Below, one piece after another: positions 1-10,407 of a stretch of 64,000 bases of DNA (its first letter is position 1; every line of letters starts with the position of its first letter). Origin of the DNA: an uncultured delta proteobacterium (lineage in GTDB: Bacteria > Myxococcota > Myxococcia > Myxococcales > Myxococcaceae); contig CAVYSY010000005.1 of assembly GCA_963771175.1 (NCBI GenBank), forward strand, positions 1 through 64,000, in the 5' to 3' direction. Under the pieces are notes generated by a model. That model had not been told where the DNA came from and searched no databases. It was given only the letters and a program-made list of their open reading frames with translations. The position numbers and the translations under genes are program-made.

Positions 1-528
1 CGGCCTCCTGCTTCAGCACGAGGTCCGGCACCCTCCGCCATGAGGAACATCGACGTGCAGGGCTCGTCCGCCTGGGCCAGCATGGGTGGCCCGCCTTCGT
101 AGGGTGCGCACCTCCATCGCCTCGAGCAGCGCGAGGAAGGCGTCGCGGTCCAGCTGTGGAGAAGATGGGCACCGGCGCCGGGCCCTGCCTGTCCGGGAGG
201 AGCTCGAACTCGGCGGGTGCCATGCCGCCCTCCACCGGGCGGGGGAACGACCCCGAGCGCTTCGTGTAGTGCTCCGCGAGCAGGGCCTGCATCCGGGTGT
301 GTCGCGGCTCGAGCCGCTGCAGGGCCTTGCAGGCCGCCATGGCGCCCGGGCCGACTTCCCCAGGGCCCAGGCCTTCGCCAGCCCCTCGTAGCCCGCGGCG
401 GCCTCCTCCGGACGGCCCTCCCGCTCGAGCTTCTGGAACTCGGCGAGCGCCATGTCCAGTCGCTCCCGGGCGGCGAGCAGCCCGGCCTTCTCCCGCTGCT
501 GAAGAAGTCTCTCTGGCAGGTCCACCAT
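1..528 (-). CDS. Cyclic nucleotide-binding domain protein, N-terminal part; runs off the window edge; frameshifted
   Basis: Starts MVDLPERLL. Correcting frames near 1-180 gives VPIFSQLDRDAFLALLEAMEVRTY...EPCTSMFLMAEG, typical of the start of a cNMP-binding domain. Confidence 0.6.
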
Positions 529-877
529 CTGCGCTCACCTCCCCAACGCCAGACACTACCACCCTTTCCTGGATTGCCTATTTCCGTCAGGAGTCCAGGG
601 AACGAGACGGGTTGCCCGGCGAGGAATGGGGCGGAGCTGCTTCGGCGCCTTTCTTGCCCATCCACGGAAGCGCCGTAGTCAGGGTGTCCAGGGGTTTGTG
701 CTTCCCCGAGACTCCCGAGCGTCAGGCCCGGAACTTTCTTTCCCTGAAAGCGCTCGGAACTGGATGGTGTCGCCCGTACCGGGGGACGTGAATCCTGGCG
801 CCCCCTTCGGACGTCCTTAGTTTCGGCCCTGCAAGCTGTCCCGTTGTCGGGGTGGTCGGGGGCCGGAAGGAGGGCGT

Positions 878-2667
878 GTGGACGGACACCAGTCAGGTCT
901 CGAGGGCAGGTCCATTTCGCGGGCGGGGGGCGGCGCACGGCCTCCGGTGCTCTCCCCGCCTCGGTCCGAGGCAACTCCCGTGAGCGTCCAGGCCGCGCTG
1001 GGCTCGGTGCGCCGGATGACATGGACGCCATTTTCGATGATGCGCTCTTTGGTGCACCAGCGGGAAGGGCTACTCCCCGTGGAGGTCGTTTTCCGTGGAG
1101 GCCGCGCCCATGGCGGTGGGCTCCATGGAGTGGTTCCTGGGGCGGGACGCGCAGCCGACGGGGCCGTTCCGTCTGGAGCGGCTGCGCGAGCTGTGGCACC
1201 AGGGCGCCCTCGGCCCCGACACCCTCTGCTGGTGCGAGGCCTGGTCCCAGTGGAGGCGGCTGTCGAGCGTGCCCGGAGCTCGTTGGCCGCGCTGACGGAC
1301 GCGGGGCTGCCCGCGGTCGCAGCGACTAGCACAGCTCCGAAGCTCCGGCGAAGAAGGAGGAGGTGTCGACGGCGAAGGTCGTCTCCGCGCTCCCCTCGCT
1401 CGTCGCGGAGGAGGAGGCGTGGATGCGCAAGGTGCAGGCGGAGAAGGAGGCGAAGGAGGAGGCGCGCTCGGCGATGCTCGACTCCTCGAGCGCTCCCGTC
1501 GCCGAGCCCGTGCTGCCTCCGCACTTCGCACCGTTGCCCGTGCCCGTGCCCGTGCCGCCCGTGGTGGCTCCGGTGCCCGTGGCTCCGGCCGTCATCCCCG
1601 CCCGGTGATGCCCGAGGCTCCCGTGGCCCCCGAGTCCTCGCGGCGGGGTGAAGGGGCTCGTGGTCGGCGCGCTGATGGGGGCCACGACCGTGGGCCTCGC
1701 CATGGGGGCGTTGCTCCTCCTGCCACGGCTCCGGAGTGCTCCGGAGCGGGTGCCCGAGACCGCCGCGCAGCCGGTCGCCGTGGCCCCGGAGACGCCGCGA
1801 CAGGCCGCTCCCGTGCCGGTCGCCGCTCCGCCGCCTCCTCCCCGCAGGAGCCCGCTCCCGTCGCCCCGCCGCCGAGTGCGCCCGTGGTCGCGGCGGCTCC
1901 GGCGGTGCGGCCCGCTCCCGCTGGCCGCGCCCCAGCCTGCTCCGGCCCCGGTCGCGCCGGTGATCGAGAAGCAGGAGGCCAGGGTCGTCACCGCCTTGGC
2001 GCAGGTGCTCGCTCCGGCCCCGTCCGAGCCGTCGCGGAAGGTGGCCGCGGTCTACGCCCGTGGTGCGTGAGAAGCCCCAGGCCGTCGCGGAGGAGCGCAT
2101 CGCGCGGGCCGCCGATTCGGCCCTCCAGCGTCGTTCGCAGCCGCCTCCCGCGCCCACGCCGACGCCCAGGCCCGTGTCCCCGCCCAAGCCCGCGCGTGTC
2201 CTTGCCCAGGGTGGGCAAGGCAGTGGCGGACGACACCCCGGCCGCCGACCCGACCAACTTCGACGACTCGCTCGAACAAGGAGTTCGAGAAGGAGCTTTT
2301 CTCGGGCCCCAAGTCGGAGGATTCGCGCTCCAAGCGCACCGTCTACCTCCCGCCCGAGCCCGGCAAGGAGCTGCCCGAGTCCCTCTCCACCTCGGACGTC
2401 ATGCAGGTGGTGGGCTCACACAAGGACGGCATCGTCTCCTGCCTCGAGGCGCACGAGCCCCCGCGCGACCCGGACACCGACAAGGGCCGCTTCGTGTTGC
2501 GCTGGCGCGTCCAGCCGAGTGGCACGGCCTCCGAGGTCCTCATGGAGACCGAGGCTCTCAAGGGCACGCCGTTCGCCCGCTGCATGGAGGCGCAGGTGCG
2601 CTCGTGGAAGTTCCCGCGGCACCGCGTGCAGAGCCGCGCGCCGGTGCGCTTCCCGTTCACGTACTGA
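878..2667 (+). CDS. GYF_2 (DUF4339) domain membrane protein with AgmX/GltJ-like C-terminal domain; several frameshifts, start approximate
   Basis: Fragments in different frames: WFLGRDAQPTGPFRLERLRELWHQGALGPDTLCWCEAWSQWRRL (GYF_2), a Pro-rich linker, a TM helix GLVVGALMGATTVGLAMGALLLL, and a C-terminus VYLPPEPG...WRVQPSG...WKFPRHR...VRFPFTY. Confidence 0.7.
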
Positions 2668-2673
2668 GCGGGC

Positions 2674-3646
2674 TCAGCGCGCGGCGAGCTGGGCGGCCTT
2701 GAGCAGCGCTTCCACCATGGGAACGCTGCTCGCCTTGCCCGTGCCGGCGATGCCGTAGGCCGTGCCGTGGTCCGGCGACGTCCTCGGCACGGGCAGCCCG
2801 AGCGTCACGTTCACCGTGCGCTCGAAGTCCAGGGCCTTGGCCGGGATGAGTCCCTGGTCGTGGTACATCGCCAGCACCACGTCGTAGGGGAAGTGCTCCA
2901 CCTGGGCGAAGAGCCCGTCGGCCGCCAGGGGCCCGTGCGCGTCCACCCGCAGCTTGCGCGCGCGCTTGATGGCCGGCGTGAGGACCTCCACCTCCTCGCG
3001 CCCCAGCAGCCCGCCCTCGCCCGCGTGCGGGTTGAAGCTCAGCACGCCGATGCGAGGCGCCCGGCCCACCACCGGCTTCAGGCTCCGCGACAGCAGTTGG
3101 AGCTGGCCCACCAGTCGCTCCACCGTCAGCAGCCGGGAGACTTCCACCAGCGGCACGTGGTTCGTCGCCAGCGCCACCCGCACCCGCAGGGCCGTCCATG
3201 AGCATCAGCACCTCGCGGCCGAACGCCTCGGCCAGCACCTCGGTGTGCCCCATGAAAGGAATCCCCGCGCGCGAAATCTGCTCCTTCGACACGGGCGCCG
3301 TGCAGAGCGCGTCCACCTTGCCGGCTCGCGCCGCCCCGATGGCCGCCTGGATATAGCCGTACTGGGCCTTGCCGCCCGCTCGCGTGGGCTTGCCGGGGGC
3401 CCGGTCCTTCTCGGCCAGCTCCGTCACCACGCAGACCGTGGGCCCCGTCACCCGGGCCAGCGTGTCCGGCGTGGCGCGGGCGTACTTCTGGAAGAGGGGG
3501 AAGCGCTCCAGCGTGGGCCCATCTCCGAAGACGACGGGCGTCAGGGCCCGGCGCACCTTCGGCGAGGCGAGCGCCCGCGCGGTGACCTCGGGGCCGATTC
3601 CAGACACGTCTCCCAACGAGATGCCGACGACGGGACGCTCGCTCAC
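2674..3646 (-). CDS. pdxA: 4-hydroxythreonine-4-phosphate dehydrogenase; one frameshift near 3190
   Basis: GDVSGIGPE, TAPVSKE, GHTE, NPHAGE, MYHDQG and RTSPDHGTA motifs across ORFs 2657-3646 and 2674-3183. Confidence 0.95.
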
Positions 3647-3671
3647 GCGCTACCCCCTCCCAGTGGGGCGC

Positions 3672-4643
3672 TCAGATCTTCACTTCGACCGAGGCCTTCT
3701 GCCGCAGCTCCTGCACGTACTGCTCGACGTACTTCTCCGTCTTCTGCATCTTCAGCTTCGACTCCAGCTCGCCCTTCACCTGCTCGAAGGGAGCCACGTC
3801 CACCGCGCGCCGCTCCTCCACCTTCAGCACGTGCCAGCCGAACTGCGTGCGCACCGGCTCGCTCACGCCGCCCTCCGGCAGCGCGAAGGCCACTCGCTCG
3901 AACGCGGGCACCATCACCCCGCGCCGGAAGAAGCCCAGGTCCCCGCCATCCGCGGCGCTCGGGCCCTCGCTCTTCGCCTTGGCCAGCTCCGCGAAGTCCA
4001 CGCCCGGCTTGCGCGCCTCCTCCACCAGTTTCTCCGCCTTCTTGCGCGCCGCCTCCACCTGCTCCGGCTTCGCGTTCGGCTCCACCTGCACGAGGATGTG
4101 GCGCGCATGGACCTCGGCGTCGCCCGACTCCAGCTTGGTGTACTGGGTGTAGGCCGACTTCAGGTCCTCCTCGGACACCTTCACCTTCGGGCTCACCTTC
4201 ATCTGCACCAGCTTCATGCGCCCCATCTGCTTGCGCAGGAACTCCTTGTAGGCCTGCACGGTGAAGCCCTCGCCGGCCAGCAGTCGCTCGAACTGGGCGT
4301 CCTCGATGGCGTTGTTCTGCCGGCGCACGTCGGCGATGGCCGCCTCGAGCTCCGCGTCCGTCACGCCCAGGCCCAGCTCCTGAATCTGCTCCTCCATCAG
4401 CTTCTCGCCGATGAGAGCGTCCAGCGAGGCCTTGAGCAGCCGCGTCCGCTCCTCGGCCCGCTTCTGCGGATCCCTCACCGCGCTGTTGAGCCGCGCCATC
4501 TCCGGCGCAGCGCGCTTCTCCACCTCGGACAGCGCGATGATGTCGCGGTTCACCACCGCCGCCACCCGGTCCACCAACTCCGCCCGCGCCACCGCGCCGC
4601 TCAAGAGCAGCGCCGCCACCATCGTCCCGATCAGTTTCTTCAT
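3672..4643 (-). CDS. surA: SurA-like peptidyl-prolyl isomerase/chaperone
   Basis: Signal peptide, ELVDRVAAVVN (SurA N domain), parvulin motifs HARHILV, GGDLGFF, FGWHV; directly upstream of pdxA, the usual surA-pdxA order. Confidence 0.85.
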   Translation of the reverse strand: MKKLIGTMVAALLLSGAVARAELVDRVAAVVNRDIIALSEVEKRAAPEMARLNSAVRDPQKRAEERTRLLKASLDALIGEKLMEEQIQELGLGVTDAELEAAIADVRRQNNAIEDAQFERLLAGEGFTVQAYKEFLRKQMGRMKLVQMKVSPKVKVSEEDLKSAYTQYTKLESGDAEVHARHILVQVEPNAKPEQVEAARKKAEKLVEEARKPGVDFAELAKAKSEGPSAADGGDLGFFRRGVMVPAFERVAFALPEGGVSEPVRTQFGWHVLKVEERRAVDVAPFEQVKGELESKLKMQKTEKYVEQYVQELRQKASVEVKI

Positions 4644-4674
4644 GTCCTTCCTCTTTCCGTGCCCTCGATGGGGA

Positions 4675-5671
4675 CGACTCTTGCTTCGCCGCCGGCTGGG
4701 TCGCCGGCCGCCCGCGGATGGACTGCAGCGTGGCCTCGTTCACCCACACCTTGGCCTTCGCCCGCAGCTCCTGCTCATATTTCGCCTGCGCCTCCGCCCG
4801 CCGCTGCGCCAGCAGCTTGCTCTCCACCTGTGCGCGCACCTCGGTGAAGTCCAGCTTGCGCCCCGCCCGCTTTTCCAGCACCCGGAACAGGTGGTAGCCG
4901 TACTCCGTTTCCACCACGTCGGATACCTGGCTGGGCGACATCCGGAACACCACCTCGTCGAAGGCCGGCGGCATCTGCCCGCGAGGGAAGAAGCCCAGGT
5001 CGCCCCCCACCTTGGCGTCCGCGCTCAGCGAGTGGCGGCGTGCCAGGTCGGCGAACTTCTTGCCTGACTTGAGCAGCGCCTGCACCTTGCGCGCGTCGTC
5101 CATCCCCTTCACCACGATTTGAGCGGCGCGCACCTGCTCGGGCTCCACGTACTCCGCCTCGTGCGCCGCGAAGTAGCCGCGCAGCTCCTCCTCCGTCAGC
5201 GCCACGCGCGTGTACACCTCGCTGGCGAAGAGCTTCTCGATGATGAGCCGGGCCGACTCGCGCGCCTTCAGCTCCGCCATGGAGAGCTGCCCCTGGGCCA
5301 GCACCTCGTTGAAGTTGCCCGCCGGGTAGTCACTCGACAGCCGCAGCACCCCCCGGTCCACCTCCTCGGGCGTCACCGTGACGTTGTGCGTCCGGGCCTC
5401 CTGCAGCAGCACCATGCGCGGAGATGAGCGTGTCCAGCAGCGCCCGCTTGAAGGGCTCCACCTCCTCCGGCGTGCGCTGGGGGGCCTCGGTGGAGGCGAG
5501 CTCGCGGCCCAGCTCCAGCTCGAAGTCCGCGCGGGCGAGCACCTCGCCATTCACCGTGGCGACCACGTTGGCGTCCGGGTCCTCCTTGTCCTTCTTGGGG
5601 CAGCCGGCCAGGCCCACCGCGAGCGCCAGGGTGGCGAGCAGCGGGGTGGCGCGGACGAAGGCACGGCGCAT
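4675..5671 (-). CDS. Parvulin (PpiC-type) peptidyl-prolyl isomerase lipoprotein; frameshift near 5420; natural stop not visible, end approximate
   Basis: Lipobox LAGC, VVATVNGE, VRAAQIVV, GGDLGFFPRGQMPPAF, YGYHLF. Confidence 0.85.
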
Positions 5672-5694
5672 GGAGGGGCTCCTCTGGTGGAGGG

Positions 5695-6732
5695 TCACGG
5701 TTGGCCCACCGGGGCGGAAGGGAAAGGGGAGGGCGCGGGCATGGTACCGGGCGGTGGACCGCTCGGGGGCAGCATGGGGGCGCTCATGTCCACGTGGACG
5801 CGCGAGAGCGCCGCGGTGTCCACGGTGAAGCCGGCGCGGCGCTCCAGCCCGGAGAGCAGCTCCGACCAGGCCTGGGTGCGCTTCTCGTTGGCGAGCCGGC
5901 CGGCAATCTGCTGACGCACGTCCTCGAGCTTCAGGTTCAACGCGTCCTGGTGGCCGGTGAGCTGCAGCACGTGCAGCCCCGCGTCCGTCCGCACCACGCC
6001 GCTGAGCGCGCCCGGGCCGCTGGCGACGAGCGCGCGCGCGGCCTCGGCCACCTCGGGCCCGAAGTCCTGGGCGAGCACCTCGAGGGAGCGGTAGCGCAGG
6101 TCCCCATCCAGCGGCTGCGTGCGCGGCTCCTCGCTGTGGGCCCGTGCCAGTCGCCCGAAGGCGGCGAAGTCCTTGGCGGGCAGGGCCTTCGCGTCGGCGA
6201 GCAGCTTCTCCGCCTGGGCGCGCGCCGCCGTCTCGCGGGCCGCGTCCGTCCGGGGGGCCGCCAGGAAGATGTGCGAGAGGCGCACCTGCTCCGGCCGCAC
6301 GTAGTCCTCCTTCTGGCGCTCGTAGTACGCGGTCACCTCCGCGTCCGAGACGGGAGGCTGGGCCTCGTCGAGCTGTGCGCGCATCAGCCGCGTCACCAGC
6401 GCCCGCTTGGTGCTGGCCACCACCTCCGGGTCGTTCTGCAGCCCGCGCGCGAGCGCCTCCTGCACCAGCAGTTCGAAGCGCGCCAGGCCTTCCACGTACT
6501 CGCGCTTCTGCTCCAGCGTCTGGTAGCGCGCGCGCAGCGCGGGGCTCATCTCCTCCAGGCGGCGCTTCAGCTCCTCGGCCGTCACCTGGTCCGCCTTCCA
6601 GGAGGCCACCGCCGGGCCGCTCGGCTGGCGCTCATGGCGGAAGTCCACCACGGCGTGGCCCGGCGCGGGGCGGCGCTCGCAGCCCATGAGGGTCAGGAGG
6701 GCGAGGGCGAGGAAGCGGGAGGCTGGGGACAT
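5695..6732 (-). CDS. Parvulin (PpiC-type) peptidyl-prolyl isomerase lipoprotein
   Basis: Lipobox LMGC, EQVRLSHIFL, DGDL, GLHVLQL. Confidence 0.85.
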   Translation of the reverse strand: MSPASRFLALALLTLMGCERRPAPGHAVVDFRHERQPSGPAVASWKADQVTAEELKRRLEEMSPALRARYQTLEQKREYVEGLARFELLVQEALARGLQNDPEVVASTKRALVTRLMRAQLDEAQPPVSDAEVTAYYERQKEDYVRPEQVRLSHIFLAAPRTDAARETAARAQAEKLLADAKALPAKDFAAFGRLARAHSEEPRTQPLDGDLRYRSLEVLAQDFGPEVAEAARALVASGPGALSGVVRTDAGLHVLQLTGHQDALNLKLEDVRQQIAGRLANEKRTQAWSELLSGLERRAGFTVDTAALSRVHVDMSAPMLPPSGPPPGTMPAPSPFPSAPVGQP

Positions 6733-6795
6733 GGCGTGCGGGCCCGTGGGGTAGCACGCCGGGGGGGAGCGGACAACCGGGCGGCCCCTGGGGCC

Positions 6796-7812
6796 TCAGG
6801 GGCGAGTCGCGTGCGCGGACAGGAACGCCTCCACCAGCGGGAAGATTTCGTCCGGTGCCCGACGCCCGAGCACCAGGTCCGCATGCCCGTAGTCCTCGGC
6901 GAAGCCATGGCCGCGCCCGGCCACCACCAGCTTCACCGGCCCGCCGAGGTGCTCCTGGGCCCGCGCCACGGCCAGCGGCGGGGCGAGCAGGTCCTTGCTC
7001 CCCGCGATGAGCATCACGGGCAGGCGCACCCCGGCCAGTGGCTTGCGGTAGCAGGTGCCGTCCGCCATGCAGAAGGAGTCGGTGGTAATCCAGTGGGCGA
7101 ACTGACGCACCACGCCGCCGTAGACGTCCGCGGGCACGTTGGCCATGGCCTTGCGCACCACGTCCGGCTCCATGTTGGAGGTCAGCATCATGTAGCGGGT
7201 GAGCGGCCCTGGCGGCGCGCCGAAGAGGGCGATGCCGGTAATCCGCCGGGTGGGAATCATCTTCAGCCGCAGCAGCGGCTCGAGCCGCTGGATGAAGTGC
7301 TTGAGGCCCGGCTGCACCGCGAAGGAGAAGGGGCTGCCCATGGCCACCGCGGCCCGCACCGGCGCCTGCGGGTTTCGCGCCAGATGGCCGTAGAGGGTGA
7401 GGCCGCCCTTGGAATGACCCACCCAGAGCACTTGCTTCGCCCCGGTGGAGAGGACGGTACGCAGCGCACAACGGACGTCGTGCTCGGCCTGGTCATCGAA
7501 GGAGGCGTCGCCGCACGGGCCGGCGAGCCCCCGGCCGCGCAGCTCCAGCACCCACGCCTCGAAGCCCGCGCGGGCCAGGTAGCGCGCCAGGCTGTAGCGC
7601 TCGTCGAAGTCCATGTGGAACCGGTTGGCGCCCAGGCCGTGGCAGAGGATGACCGGCTCGGCGTGCCGGCGTTCTCCTCGGGGGTGGTAGCGCCCCAGGG
7701 CGATGGCCGCCCCGTCATCGGTGGGCACCCGGTACAGCTCGTCCGGACGGAAGGGCAGGGTGAGCAATCCTTCTCCGTCTCGATTTACAGCCCGGGAGAA
7801 AAGATCTGCCAT
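6796..7812 (-). CDS. Alpha/beta-fold hydrolase
   Basis: LCHGLG, nucleophile elbow GHSKGG, GSKD acid, YGHADL catalytic His. Confidence 0.85.
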   Translation of the reverse strand: MADLFSRAVNRDGEGLLTLPFRPDELYRVPTDDGAAIALGRYHPRGERRHAEPVILCHGLGANRFHMDFDERYSLARYLARAGFEAWVLELRGRGLAGPCGDASFDDQAEHDVRCALRTVLSTGAKQVLWVGHSKGGLTLYGHLARNPQAPVRAAVAMGSPFSFAVQPGLKHFIQRLEPLLRLKMIPTRRITGIALFGAPPGPLTRYMMLTSNMEPDVVRKAMANVPADVYGGVVRQFAHWITTDSFCMADGTCYRKPLAGVRLPVMLIAGSKDLLAPPLAVARAQEHLGGPVKLVVAGRGHGFAEDYGHADLVLGRRAPDEIFPLVEAFLSAHATRP

Positions 7813-7958
7813 TCGCGTCAGTCGGGGCCCATTTCGGTTCGTCACGACCGGAATCTAATGCCCCGGGTGGCGAGTGCCGCGTTGAAAAATCTGGCGCACC
7901 CACATGTCGGCCGGGCGGTTGCAAGGGTCTTATCTCGTTCAATCCGGGAGGCTCGTGG

Positions 7959-8207
7959 ATGCGGCAAAGCCCGACACTTGCGGAAACGTTGTCATCGACA
8001 GAGGGTGCCCTTCTTCCCACCGACACCCTCCTGCGTGCCCTGCGAGTGATGGAGCAGCGGGGCGTCTGGCTGCTCCCCGTGGTGGCGCAGGCGGGGGGGT
8101 TGGTGGGGCTGGTGAGCAGGGCGCACATCTTGTCGGCGTGGCGGGTGGATCCGCTGCTGCCAGTGGCGGTGGTGATGGCGGCCTGGAGGTCCTGGAGGGG
8201 CAGGTAG
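7959..8207 (+). CDS. Small single-CBS-domain protein
   Basis: PTDTLLRALRVMEQRGVWLLPVV...LVGLVSRAHIL fits the CBS pattern. Confidence 0.65.
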   Translation: MRQSPTLAETLSSTEGALLPTDTLLRALRVMEQRGVWLLPVVAQAGGLVGLVSRAHILSAWRVDPLLPVAVVMAAWRSWRGR

Positions 8208-8254
8208 GGGGTGGGCGTCCGATGGGGACGTGTGTGCGCTACACTCGCGCCGCC

Positions 8255-8515
8255 GTGTCGGACGCCTCCTGGAAGGTCTACATGCTGCGCTGTCGGGATG
8301 GGACGCTCTACACGGGCGCGACCAACGACCTGGAGCGGCGCCTGGCCACCCACAACCGGGGGAAGGGGGCGGCCTACACCCGGGCCCGCCTGCCGGTGAC
8401 GCTGGTGTGGAGCGAGCCGGCCGCCGATCGCGGCGCCGCCCTCCGCCGTGAGGCCGCCCTCAAGCGCCTTTCTCGGGCCGAGAAGCTACGCCTCGTCCAA
8501 CGGGTGCGCCGCTGA
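8255..8515 (+). CDS. GIY-YIG nuclease family protein (UPF0213/YhbQ-like)
   Basis: VYMLRCRDGTLYTGATNDLERRLATHNRGKGAAYTR...ALRREAALKRL. Confidence 0.9.
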   Translation: MSDASWKVYMLRCRDGTLYTGATNDLERRLATHNRGKGAAYTRARLPVTLVWSEPAADRGAALRREAALKRLSRAEKLRLVQRVRR

Positions 8516-8605
8516 CCCGGGCTGGGTTTCGTTTGACCCCGTTTTGTGGGAATGTTGGCAAGAGAACTCTCCATTCCCTTGAAAACAGGGGAGACCCAGA
8601 CCGAC

Positions 8606-9937
8606 ATGACGCAGACGCACGGGGGGGCTTCCCCGCAGGGCGAGACCGGAACGCCCCGGACCGAGGAGTGGGCGCTCCGGGATGAGCAGCACCTCCTCTA
8701 CATGCTGGCCTTCTCGTGTCTGCCGTTCTGGGGCGTGGACGCGCTGTCGGTGATGCGGCTGCCGTGGGACACGCTGGCGCTGCGGTTGGTGTGGGCGGTG
8801 CTGACGGCGGGAATGGGGTGGGGGCTGGCCCTCGTGCGGCAACCGCGCCGCCTGCTGGTGAGGACACTCGCCGGGATGGTGCTGCCCAACGTCTTCCTCG
8901 CGCTGGTGGTGCACCGACTGGACGGGGTGTACAGCCCCCTCTTCAGTTGGTTCTGCGTGCTGCCGGTGGTGACGCTCTTGGTGTCCCGGGGCGAGCTGTG
9001 GCTGGGAGTGCTGAGCACGCTGCTGTCGCTCGTGTCGGCGGGCGCGGTGATGTGGGCCGGTGGGACGTCGCTGCCGTTGGCGTTGGCGTGGTTGCTGTTG
9101 CTGCTGGGCTCGGGAGGCTTGGGGCTGCAGTTGAGCGTCTTCTACCGGCGGCTGCGCAACGCGCGGACGAATGCGGAGGTGCAGCAGCGGAGGGTGCAGG
9201 AGGCGCTGGTGGAGTCCGAGGCGCGCGTGCTGCAGGCCGAGCGGCTGGCGCAGGTGGGCCGGTTGGCGGCGGGCGTGGCCCACGAGGTGCGCAACCCCCT
9301 GGCCTACATCCAGGCCAACCTGCGCTTCCTCCAGGAGGAGTGGCAGCAGCAGGCGCAGGGGGAGAGCTCCGCCGAGTACACCGAGGCCTTGCAGGAGACG
9401 ATGCAGGGGGTGGAGCGCATCCATCAAATCGTGAAGGACCTCACGGTGATGTCGCGCAACGAGGTGGTGACGGAGGACGTGGGGCGGTGCGAGCTGGTGC
9501 CGGTCATCGACGAGAGCGTGCGGCTGGCCTCGGTGCGGCTGAAGTCCCTGGTGAAGCTGGAGGTGGAGCGGCCGCCGGTGGAGCTGGCGGTGCTAGCCGA
9601 GCCGCGGCGGTTGGGGCAGGTGCTGCTCAACCTGCTGCTGAACGCGGCGGACGCCATCGAGGACGCGAAGGTGTCGGAGGGGCGGGTGTCGCTGCGGGTG
9701 GAGCTGGCCGCCGACTGGGTGCGGCTGGTGGTGGAGGACAACGGGCCGGGCATCAAGGCCGAGCACCTGGCGAAGCTCTTCACCCCCTTCTTCACCACGA
9801 AGGAGCAGGGCAAGGGCACGGGGCTGGGGCTGACGCTGTCCCGGCAGTACGTGGAGTCCTTCGGGGGCGTGCTGCGCGCGGAGAACCGCCCCGAGGGCGG
9901 CGCGCGCTTCATCGTGGCGCTGCCGGGGACGCACTGA
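8606..9937 (+). CDS. Membrane sensor histidine kinase (NtrB-like), orphan
   Basis: Multiple TM helices, H-box AHEVRNPL, N-box NLLLNAADA, DNGPGI, PFFTTK, GTGLGL. Confidence 0.92.
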   Translation: MTQTHGGASPQGETGTPRTEEWALRDEQHLLYMLAFSCLPFWGVDALSVMRLPWDTLALRLVWAVLTAGMGWGLALVRQPRRLLVRTLAGMVLPNVFLALVVHRLDGVYSPLFSWFCVLPVVTLLVSRGELWLGVLSTLLSLVSAGAVMWAGGTSLPLALAWLLLLLGSGGLGLQLSVFYRRLRNARTNAEVQQRRVQEALVESEARVLQAERLAQVGRLAAGVAHEVRNPLAYIQANLRFLQEEWQQQAQGESSAEYTEALQETMQGVERIHQIVKDLTVMSRNEVVTEDVGRCELVPVIDESVRLASVRLKSLVKLEVERPPVELAVLAEPRRLGQVLLNLLLNAADAIEDAKVSEGRVSLRVELAADWVRLVVEDNGPGIKAEHLAKLFTPFFTTKEQGKGTGLGLTLSRQYVESFGGVLRAENRPEGGARFIVALPGTH

Positions 9938-9960
9938 ACCCCCCTCCCGGGCGCGTTCTC

Positions 9961-9993
9961 GAAAAACCTGTCCGACAGTCGGACAGGTTTTTC
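9961..9993. terminator. Perfect palindrome between convergent genes; bidirectional terminator or REP-like element
   Basis: GAAAAACCTGTCCGAC-A-GTCGGACAGGTTTTTC: 16-bp arms with an A-tract and a T-tract at the ends. Confidence 0.75.
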
Positions 9994-10308
9994 TCAACCG
10001 ACCGGGCGGGGCTGGGCCGGGGTGGCGGGCGGCTGCTCGACCGGCTTGCGCTTCTTGTTGCGCCACACCACGAAGAGGATGCCCAGCACGAGGAAGACGC
10101 CCGTGCCCACGAGCGTGCCGATGAGCTGGTAGCGCAGCAGGTCCGCGGTGATGCCCTGGATGACCTTGGGCAGATCGCACACCGTCTGTGCCCCGAGCGG
10201 CGCCGTGTTGTACCACGTGAGGAACTCGGGGCCGATCCACGAGGCCGTGGCCAGGCCCAGGAAGGCTCCCGCGAGCATGAAGGTGAGCAGCGTCTTCAGT
10301 GTGGCCAT
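9994..10308 (-). CDS. Hypothetical two-TM membrane protein
   Basis: Good GC3 bias, two hydrophobic segments, basic/Pro tail. Confidence 0.7.
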   Translation of the reverse strand: MATLKTLLTFMLAGAFLGLATASWIGPEFLTWYNTAPLGAQTVCDLPKVIQGITADLLRYQLIGTLVGTGVFLVLGILFVVWRNKKRKPVEQPPATPAQPRPVG

Positions 10309-10407
10309 GGTTCCAGGCACCTCGGTGAGGAGACGTGGGAGCGTCCTTTAGCACGCAATGTGTGCACGGGGGCCGCGACACGACAGGAGCCGTGCTATCT
10401 GGGGGTC

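Noticed and set aside
3643..5550. Apparent 635-aa parvulin overlapping surA
   Set aside because: The extension beyond about 4675 is out-of-frame read-through, probably from an indel near the true stop.
8255..8515. GIY-YIG gene as a homing endonuclease
   Set aside because: Short stand-alone UPF0213 type with no intron or mobile context.
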